Notes under the pieces: model-generated
Seen by the model: only the letters and a program-made list of their open reading frames with translations
Database searches by the model: none
What the model was told of the DNA's origin: nothing
NCBI GenBank assembly: GCA_963677595.1
Contig: OY782041.1
Span: 1,056,001-1,120,000 of the forward strand
Reading direction: 5' to 3'
From: Spirochaetia bacterium
GTDB lineage: Bacteria > Spirochaetota > Spirochaetia > CAKZLE01
DNA: 64,000 nucleotides
Shown: one piece after another, positions 46,103-53,481 of the stretch
Numbering within the stretch: the first letter of the stretch is position 1
How the letters are laid out: every line of letters begins with the position of its first letter
Translations under genes and position numbers: made by a program

Positions 46103-47212
46103 GTGGAACACCGTACTGATTCGCGATGGGTACATACATTCAAACGAAAATATTCCGTGAAAGAGAGGATCTTCCTCTACTATATGCTGTTCTTCGCCAG
46201 CCTGGCGGTGCTGACGATCATCACCAACATACTCTTTGGCCTGGATTTCTCCTTCAACTACAAGTGGCTGGGTCTTGCCGCATTCTGTGTGGTCATGGGG
46301 ATCCTTGCCCTCAAGGGGATCAGGACGTCCCAGGTCCATCGCCTGGGCACCTACGCGATAGCCCTCGTGATCCTCCCGCTCTCATGGCTGAGCAGCTCCG
46401 GATTAGTGTCACCGAGCATCATCTACTCGCTCGTGATCATGCTGCTGATCAACTTCCTCCTGGAAGGGACAGAACGGCTCATCATGAATGGCCTGTTCCT
46501 GGTCCTTCATATGGGGCTGATCACCCTGTATCGGTACCAGCCCGAGCTGTTCAAGCCGATGACCGCGCAGGAGCAGTTCATCGACTGGATGATCAATGTG
46601 CCCATCATCTTCGCGTTCATCGCGCTGCTGCTGATCGTCTTCGAACGGGCGTATGAGCGGGAGCGGGTCCAGGGTCTGGACAAGACCAGGAGACTGGAGG
46701 TCCTGTCTAACACGGACCCACTGACCGGCCTTGCCAACAGGCTGAACCTGATGGATGACATCGAGACGCGGTTACAGGATGCGAAGCAGCATGGGACACG
46801 CTTCTCCCTCATCATCCTCGATATTGACTTCTTCAAGCGCTTCAATGACACCTACGGCCACCTGCAGGGTGATATATGCCTGAAGCAGGTCAGCGGTATC
46901 CTGCAGGACGCTGCCCGGCAGGGGGATAGGAAGGCTTACCGCTTCGGAGGGGAGGAGTTCCTCATCCTCCTGCCGGGAACCGACCTGGCCGGGGCGAAGG
47001 TGTTCGCACAGCAGGTGAGGGAGATCATCAGGGATGCCGCCATCCCCAATGAGCATTCGGAAGTCTCATCGATCATCACCGTCAGCATGGGCATAGCCTC
47101 CTCAAGCCCGGGTATCGACGGGGTCACCCTCTTGCGTCAGGCAGATACCGCATTGTACAGCGCGAAATCTGCCGGGAGGGATGGTATCGTCTGCTTTGAT
47201 CCCGAAACCTGA
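46103..47212 (+). CDS. Membrane-bound diguanylate cyclase
   Basis: TM N-terminus; DPLTGLANR, DIDFFK..ND.YGH..GD, RFGGEEF; start uncertain (46058 or 46103). Confidence 0.9.
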   Translation: MEHRTDSRWVHTFKRKYSVKERIFLYYMLFFASLAVLTIITNILFGLDFSFNYKWLGLAAFCVVMGILALKGIRTSQVHRLGTYAIALVILPLSWLSSSGLVSPSIIYSLVIMLLINFLLEGTERLIMNGLFLVLHMGLITLYRYQPELFKPMTAQEQFIDWMINVPIIFAFIALLLIVFERAYERERVQGLDKTRRLEVLSNTDPLTGLANRLNLMDDIETRLQDAKQHGTRFSLIILDIDFFKRFNDTYGHLQGDICLKQVSGILQDAARQGDRKAYRFGGEEFLILLPGTDLAGAKVFAQQVREIIRDAAIPNEHSEVSSIITVSMGIASSSPGIDGVTLLRQADTALYSAKSAGRDGIVCFDPET

Positions 47213-48016
47213 TCAGTAAGGAGTATCAAACAGGTTTAGCGTATCCAGGAATGACCTGAAGTTCACGATCATAGAGGCTCTCTCCCGGCTGAACATGAGG
47301 TGCCCGACATCTTTCTGCTTATTCACAAGATCCACTTCAGATGACCGAAGCTCCAGAGCCTTCTTTAGTTCCTGTCCGTCATGTATCCCATGCCGTATAC
47401 TGAGGAATCGGTAATCCGGTCTTGTCTGCCCCAGGAGGAACATCACATCATAGAAGTCCCTTCCCTTCCCACGATCCAAAAGAGCCGATATCTTCATGGC
47501 ACAGAGAGTTTCGTCAGGCGGTACGGGTATCGGAAAGAAGAACCCGCAACTCTGCACGAAAGCCGGTACCGTCTGGTACGGGATTCCCTGATCCTCCATC
47601 TCGACTTTTATAAGAAACCTCTCATTCCTGTACCCGCTCAGCTGCAGCCCGAACAGCAGCTGAGGGAAATAGAGGGACCTCCTGAACGCCGTAAGGCCAT
47701 CATGCTCCCGCTCTTTCGGCTCAACCTCATAGCCCAGATAGCCAAGATGCCTCACTACCCCGTCAGTCATGGCGAGAAAATCATCTTTCGACATCCCCTT
47801 GCAGTCGAAGTCAAGGTCTTCAGAAAACCTTTCAATTCGCTTGATCAACCGGAGATTTGTTCCCCCGATGAATGAGAGACGTGAGATAAACGGAGAGTTC
47901 GAGAGGTACTCAAGGATCTGGCACTGGATATACTCCTTGAGCATCAACTTCTGGAAACCTGTATCATCCCTGATTGAAGCAGGGAAGAAATTCTTGATGG
48001 CAGCTATCTCGATCAT
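47213..48016 (-). CDS. abiEii: AbiEii-type nucleotidyltransferase toxin (type IV TA)
   Basis: FIGGTNLR...RFSEDLDF, K..A...R..GRDFYD. Confidence 0.88.
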   Translation of the reverse strand: MIEIAAIKNFFPASIRDDTGFQKLMLKEYIQCQILEYLSNSPFISRLSFIGGTNLRLIKRIERFSEDLDFDCKGMSKDDFLAMTDGVVRHLGYLGYEVEPKEREHDGLTAFRRSLYFPQLLFGLQLSGYRNERFLIKVEMEDQGIPYQTVPAFVQSCGFFFPIPVPPDETLCAMKISALLDRGKGRDFYDVMFLLGQTRPDYRFLSIRHGIHDGQELKKALELRSSEVDLVNKQKDVGHLMFSRERASMIVNFRSFLDTLNLFDTPY

Positions 48017-48651
48017 AGGTATACCTCCTTCATCATTGACAGCCTCCGCCTGAGGCTGTCTGACCCGAACCTGGTAAGATATGCCTCTAAACGCTCAGCA
48101 TCAAGCTCGTCCTGCATGAAATCAACATCAAAACGCAGCTCCTGCATATCAGCTTCACTACGGAAGTGCGGATTCAGGTACAGGAAGTCAAGAATCGCCT
48201 TCTCTGGGGTTGCCAGCATGATACTCCACCCCTTGGTACGAGCGGAAGGCTCAATGGTATACCCGAACATCAATTCTGGTTTGACGGACCGGTAGACGAA
48301 CTCCCCGAGATCGTTGTGGAAGCTCTTCGTCTTCCTTGCCGTCACGCTGGTAACAGGGATGACGGCTTCCGGGATGATCCCGAAATAGGAGAGGGCTTTT
48401 TCAAGGCTGATATACGAGGGAGCATATATCTTGTTGGCAGCAAAGAAGGGAGTATCACCATTCTGCTTATGGGCAGGGAACATATAGAACCCCTGCCGGA
48501 GCCTGATGATCTTTCCCTGCCGCTCCCAGCGCCCGAGATTGTTCCTGTCGAACCCTTCATTCCATACCCGTACCTGGTGGATGGAGAAACAGCCGAGAGG
48601 AAAGAAGAAATCCCTGAATTCGAGAAACGAAATATTCTTTTTCATTTCCAT
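48013..48651 (-). CDS. abiEi: AbiEi-type antitoxin
   Basis: IRLRQGFY, PSYISLE.AL..FG.IPE, TSVT, ATPEKAILDFLY; ATGA overlap with the toxin. Confidence 0.85.
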   Translation of the reverse strand: MEMKKNISFLEFRDFFFPLGCFSIHQVRVWNEGFDRNNLGRWERQGKIIRLRQGFYMFPAHKQNGDTPFFAANKIYAPSYISLEKALSYFGIIPEAVIPVTSVTARKTKSFHNDLGEFVYRSVKPELMFGYTIEPSARTKGWSIMLATPEKAILDFLYLNPHFRSEADMQELRFDVDFMQDELDAERLEAYLTRFGSDSLRRRLSMMKEVYL

Positions 48652-48681
48652 AATACGTCAATTATACAGCATTATGGAAAT
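48644..48681. promoter_or_regulatory. Inverted-repeat operator of the abiE operon
   Basis: ATTTCCATAAT-N16-ATTATGGAAAT overlapping the start codon. Confidence 0.65.
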
Positions 48682-48737
48682 ATAACAAGTATTCTACAGG
48701 CGATATGGTCAGGAGGAAAGCATCCTCCAACCATGTC

Positions 48738-50015
48738 TTAATCCCTCAATGCCGTGATTGGTATCACATAAACACCATCGGGTCGGAGGTAGGAGGCGTT
48801 GGTAAGACCGCAGATCACTCCAAGAACCGTCGGAGGCTTCCCCTTCGGATCGCTTTCGATTCCAGACTTGATCTTCAACAGGCTCTTTGCTGCATCATCC
48901 ACTTGGTTTGCACCAAGTTTGATCTCAAAGGCACCCCATCTGCCATCCGGCAGCTCCACGACAGCATCGATCTCATTGCCCTGGTAATCCTGGTAATGGT
49001 ACAACTTTGCATCATTGGCTTCTGCATAAATCTTCAGGTCACGCTCACAGAGTGCCTCAAACAGAAATCCCAAGGTCTCCAGGTCTGAGAGCAGGGCCTC
49101 TTCCGTTGTCCCCAACAGGGCACACGCCAGGGATGGATCGCAAAAATGATGTTTGACTGATTGTTTCACACGTACCGAAGAGCGTATACGCGGACTGAAA
49201 GGCAGCTGGTTATCAAGGAGGAAGAGTCGCTCAAACACATTCAGGTACTCAGCTACCGTTTCCACATCTATATCATCATCGTCTATTTCCTTAATATCAT
49301 GCTTCAGGGTCCTGTTCGTGGCTGTGGTACTTTCGTTCCTTGCAAGGGACCGTAACAACAGACGTACCTTCTGCAGGTTCCGCGAACGTCCATCTACCCT
49401 ATTGATATCTCTCTCTATGACTGCCTCTATATATTGCTTTGGCAGCAATCGTGCTAACTCAGGATCCATGCCAATGTTCTCCGGCCATCCCCCACGAATA
49501 ATGAGCCGGATGATCTCCCGAAGATCAACATCCCCGGTAAATACTGATCTGGCACTTTCTGCAAATATATCCTTAAGGGAAACGGAACCCGAAGAGACCC
49601 CCATCTCATAGAGAGACATGGGGCTCATGCGCAATCTGGCGATTCGTCCTGCCCCGCTGTGAAGAATACCGTAATCCGTTGGAGCAGAAGACCCAGTAAG
49701 GATGAACTGCCCCGGTTCTCCCCGTTCATCAACCGCATAACGAACAGCATCCCAGATTGACGGGACTTCCTGCCATTCATCGAGCAACCGGGGAGTATCA
49801 CCATCTAGGATGAGGTAAGAATCCAGCAATGCCAATCTGCGATTGCTGAAATTGCCTACTGGTGCTCCAACATAGAAACTACTATTGCTATGGTGCAATG
49901 AGGTCATGGTCTTCCCACACCATTTAGGCCCTTCGATGCAGACAGCTCCAAACGCCCTGAGGTAGGTAGTTACCTTGTTGTCAATCAGTCGCGGCAGATA
50001 TTTCTTTCCATCCAT
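48738..50015 (-). CDS. AAA_14/DUF4143-type ATPase-nuclease (paralog E)
   Basis: GPKWCGKT, RLLDEWQ, FILTGS, SGAGRI, EIDAVV...FEIKLG. Confidence 0.9.
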   Translation of the reverse strand: MDGKKYLPRLIDNKVTTYLRAFGAVCIEGPKWCGKTMTSLHHSNSSFYVGAPVGNFSNRRLALLDSYLILDGDTPRLLDEWQEVPSIWDAVRYAVDERGEPGQFILTGSSAPTDYGILHSGAGRIARLRMSPMSLYEMGVSSGSVSLKDIFAESARSVFTGDVDLREIIRLIIRGGWPENIGMDPELARLLPKQYIEAVIERDINRVDGRSRNLQKVRLLLRSLARNESTTATNRTLKHDIKEIDDDDIDVETVAEYLNVFERLFLLDNQLPFSPRIRSSVRVKQSVKHHFCDPSLACALLGTTEEALLSDLETLGFLFEALCERDLKIYAEANDAKLYHYQDYQGNEIDAVVELPDGRWGAFEIKLGANQVDDAAKSLLKIKSGIESDPKGKPPTVLGVICGLTNASYLRPDGVYVIPITALRD

Positions 50016-50070
50016 ATATCTTTTCCTTATAGAAAATTATATCACAATAAAAATTCTAGTACAAGCCACT

Positions 50071-50214
50071 ACCCGACAGATTCATTAACTTCAATCCGAC
50101 AGATTCATTAACTTCAATCCGACAGATTCTTTAACTTCAACCCGACAGATTCTTTAACTTCAACCCGACAGATTCTTTAACTTCAACCCGACAGATTCAC
50201 TAATCTCAACCCGA
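50071..50214. repeat. Six and a partial tandem copies of the 23-bp unit AYCCGACAGATTCWTTAACTTCA upstream of ATPase E
   Basis: Units at 50071, 50094, 50117, 50140, 50163, 50186 and a partial at 50209. Confidence 0.95.
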
Positions 50215-50222
50215 TAATAGCA

Positions 50223-51332
50223 TCACCCAAGAAGGTACTGCAGATTCAACTGGTAGGATACCGAACGACCTCTTGCATCACTCTGTGTCAGCACCTGCTT
50301 GAAAACCAGATCTGCAAGATCACGTTTTGCTGTTTCCCGGCTGGTCTTAGTAATCGAGACGTAATTCCTGTTTGTCAGTCCACCGGTATACGGTTCAGGA
50401 TAGATATCGATCAGTTTCCTGATCACTTTCTGCTGTCTCTCATTCAATGAAAGACTGTTGATCCGTGCATACATCCTTGCAACGTGTTCAACACGCAGGA
50501 ATACCTTCTGAGATGCATCGATCGCGCTGCTCATCATATCAATGAAAAAGACGATCCAATCAGTGACATCAAGATCCCCTTGCTGCATGCTTTCCAGCAC
50601 AGCATAATACTCCGTTCTCTGCTGCAGGATCGATTGAGACATCGCATATCCCCTTGTACCGGTATGCTCATCCTGAGCCAAGGCAAGATCGGAGAGTAAT
50701 CTTGCCAATCTGCCATTGCCATCTGAGAATGGGTGAATCGAAACGAACCAAAGATGCGCAAGGGCTGCCCTGATGATCCCATCTGGAACAGCATCCGGGG
50801 TATTCCACCACCTGAGAAACCGTTCCATCTCTTCGGGAACTCGTTCAGAGGGCGGGGCCTCATAATGGATGACTTCATGCTTCAATGACCCCGATATGAT
50901 CTGCATCTGTTCATGAATACCTCTCCACCAGCCAACGGTGACCCTATAAGGTCCGGAATAGCCCGTGGGGAACAGTGAAGCCTGCCAACTACACAACTTC
51001 TCCGATGTCAACGGTTGTCTAAACCCCTTCATGGCATCAAGTAATGCAGCCACGAACCCGTCTCCTTCCCGTGGGGAAGGAAGCCCTGCTGTTGGAAGAC
51101 CAAGCCTCCTAGCGATGGAAGACCTGATCGATAACGGATCCAACGGTTCATCCTCTATCAATGAGGAACTTACGATCTCATTCTCCAACAGGAATCCTTC
51201 TTCGCGGAGTCCCAAAGATGGTAAACGGGCAAGAAGATTCCCTTGTTTTCTCCGAACCTGTGAGAGGCTAGGGAGAATCCTCTCCGCATCCCAGGTAAAT
51301 CCCGGCCAAGCTTTTTGTTCCCATATATACAT
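50223..51332 (-). CDS. Fic family protein (DUF4172-Fic-HTH)
   Basis: MYIWEQ..WP.F.WD, SSLIE.E, HPFSDGNGRLAR, TA.RDL.DLV. Confidence 0.9.
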   Translation of the reverse strand: MYIWEQKAWPGFTWDAERILPSLSQVRRKQGNLLARLPSLGLREEGFLLENEIVSSSLIEDEPLDPLSIRSSIARRLGLPTAGLPSPREGDGFVAALLDAMKGFRQPLTSEKLCSWQASLFPTGYSGPYRVTVGWWRGIHEQMQIISGSLKHEVIHYEAPPSERVPEEMERFLRWWNTPDAVPDGIIRAALAHLWFVSIHPFSDGNGRLARLLSDLALAQDEHTGTRGYAMSQSILQQRTEYYAVLESMQQGDLDVTDWIVFFIDMMSSAIDASQKVFLRVEHVARMYARINSLSLNERQQKVIRKLIDIYPEPYTGGLTNRNYVSITKTSRETAKRDLADLVFKQVLTQSDARGRSVSYQLNLQYLLG

Positions 51333-51344
51333 GCATGACTCCAC

Positions 51345-51407
51345 CTGACCCAATTAATCTACTTTTTGGGTCATTATCTGACCCAATTATACCTGTTAAT
51401 CGAGTCA
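51345..51407. repeat. Operator-like repeats upstream of fic
   Basis: CTGACCCAATTA at 51345 and 51378 (33-bp period); inverted TTGGGTCA at 51366. Confidence 0.7.
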
Positions 51408-51495
51408 TAATCAAGGATAGTAGCTGAATGCTATGCCATATAGACACTCTCATGCTAGAATACCTGCACAAACCATAGAAACAGAAGAGGTGCAT

Positions 51496-52224
51496 ATGCT
51501 GTTGGAAGATAGAGTAGCCCTGATCACCGGAGCAGGGAGGGGAATAGGCAAGGCCATCGCCCTGAAGTTCGCTGAAGAAGGGGCAAAGGTAGTCCTTACA
51601 GGACGCAACGCTGCTGTCCTCGGGGAGGTCGTCCGGGAGATCACGCAGAATGGCGGGGACGCCTTCAGCGTCACCGGCGACCTGCGGGATGCAGACCAGG
51701 TTGCCTCCATCCTCAAGAGTGTCCTGGAGCAGTACGGGAGACTCGATATCCTCGTGAACAATGCGGGCATCTCAAAGGAGATGAAGCTCATCCACATGCC
51801 CATGGAGGTCTGGGATGAGATCCTGGAGGTGAACCTGCGGACCGTCGTCCTGATGACCAAGGCAGTGCTGCCCATCTTCAAGAGCCAGGGAGGGGGGAAT
51901 ATCATCAATATCGCATCAGCTGCAGGGTTGCGGGGACTTCCCGGCAGTTCCGCCTACTCAGCCTCGAAGGCAGCGGTATTGGGCCTGACGCAGGCCCTCG
52001 GCGATGAGCTTCGCCCAGACAAGGTCCGGGTGAATGCGATCTGCCCGGGACCGGTCGATACGGAGATGTTCCAGACCTCCGAGCGGCGGCAGTTCATCCT
52101 CGATGCCGGGGGAGACCTCTTCGAGCCCGAGGATGTTGCGAACGGGGCCCTCTACCTCGCCTCCGACATGTCAAAGGGCGTGAGCAGCCAGACCCTCACC
52201 CTCCGGGGGTTCAACCGCTGGTAG
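51496..52224 (+). CDS. Short-chain dehydrogenase/reductase
   Basis: TGAGRGIG, NNAG, S...YSASK, CPGPVDT. Confidence 0.93.
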   Translation: MLLEDRVALITGAGRGIGKAIALKFAEEGAKVVLTGRNAAVLGEVVREITQNGGDAFSVTGDLRDADQVASILKSVLEQYGRLDILVNNAGISKEMKLIHMPMEVWDEILEVNLRTVVLMTKAVLPIFKSQGGGNIINIASAAGLRGLPGSSAYSASKAAVLGLTQALGDELRPDKVRVNAICPGPVDTEMFQTSERRQFILDAGGDLFEPEDVANGALYLASDMSKGVSSQTLTLRGFNRW

Positions 52225-53290
52225 GCTGAAAGAACCGGATGCACACAGGGGAACCTGTCTCCACCTGGTTCACCAAGGCAAGTGAGCCATCCTCCTCGAT
52301 CCTGAACACACTGACCGTATCGCTGTCCTGGTTCCCGACGAGCAGGTACTCCCCTGCCGGGTCGATGGCAAAGTTCCTGGGGGTCCGTCCCCCGCAGGGC
52401 TGGCAGGAGATGAGGGAGAGGCTCCCGTCCCCCTCAACCCGATAGCCCGTGATGCTGTCATGGCCCCGGTTGGAGGCATAGAGCCTCTTCCCATCGGGTG
52501 TCAGGTGCAGATCGGCACAGGTACTCTCACCGGTGAAGTCCCCAGGCAGGGTACTCACTGCCTGCAGCTCTTCCAACCTTCCGGCTGCATGACGGTAGAC
52601 GATGACCTGGGAGGTAAGCTCATTGACGAGGTAGAAGAACCTGCCGTCACTGCTGAACTCCCCGTAACGCGGCCCATTTCCTGCAGGGACCGTAACTCCC
52701 AGCGAGGTATTGGGCACGATCTTCTCGCCAGGGAGGTCATAGGCGACTATCCGGTCAAGGCCCAGGTCAGCCACATAGAGCAGCTCATCCGCGAAGATAC
52801 AGCTGTGGGCATGGGGTTCGGTCTGCCGTTCGGGATGCACGCTGCGTCCCTCATGCTGGAAGACAGTCCTCCCCTCGCCGATGATGTTCCCATTCTCATC
52901 CAGGCCGAAGGTCGTAACCGACCCGCTGGAATAGTTCGCGATCGCGATGAGGTCCTTTCCAGGAGACACGGCGATATGGCAGGGATCCTTCCCCCCGGTG
53001 CACCAGGTCCCCTCTACGGTGAGGCTTAGGTCTTTATCATAGGAGAGCTCGGTCACCCCGCCGCCTTCTGACCCAAGGTACTCCTTCAGCTCATTGACGG
53101 CATAGATCCGCTTCCGTGATTCATCGACACAGACGAAGGAAGGGTTCGGTATCGCCAGTTCCTCGATGACCTCTATCTCCCCATCCTCGAACGAGCAGAT
53201 AGTGACTCCTCTGCCCTTCCCCTGGTACACCTCACCGGTACCGAAGAGGATGGGTTCCGTATATGATCCCATAACCATATACTGTTTCAT
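52211..53290 (-). CDS. pgl: 6-phosphogluconolactonase-like (7-bladed propeller lactonase)
   Basis: GSYT, NPSF, DPCH, ANY..GS, PHAH, GPR, SNRGHDS, PRNF, GNQDS. Confidence 0.85.
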   Translation of the reverse strand: MKQYMVMGSYTEPILFGTGEVYQGKGRGVTICSFEDGEIEVIEELAIPNPSFVCVDESRKRIYAVNELKEYLGSEGGGVTELSYDKDLSLTVEGTWCTGGKDPCHIAVSPGKDLIAIANYSSGSVTTFGLDENGNIIGEGRTVFQHEGRSVHPERQTEPHAHSCIFADELLYVADLGLDRIVAYDLPGEKIVPNTSLGVTVPAGNGPRYGEFSSDGRFFYLVNELTSQVIVYRHAAGRLEELQAVSTLPGDFTGESTCADLHLTPDGKRLYASNRGHDSITGYRVEGDGSLSLISCQPCGGRTPRNFAIDPAGEYLLVGNQDSDTVSVFRIEEDGSLALVNQVETGSPVCIRFFQPTSG

Positions 53291-53481
53291 ACGCTTGCCT
53301 CCCAGCTGAACATAGGACCATGGTACCCCGTTCCCCCCTCAAGGGCAAGTACTCGCCTTTCCCTCCCCACGTGTATGCTGGTGAAGTCAATATTTGGTAA
53401 ATTACTATCACTTCCTGCTATTGCCGGCTGGGACTTTCATTGCTAAGCTGTTAATAACTATAAAGGTAGTAAGGTGATACT

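Noticed and set aside
50071-50214. CRISPR array
   Set aside because: Units are contiguous with no unique spacers, and there are no cas genes in the window. The other 23-bp arrays are also too short-period for repeat-spacer units.
41917-51407. Integron cassette array
   Set aside because: No intI and no recognisable attC (RYYYAAC...GTTRRRY) structures between the genes.
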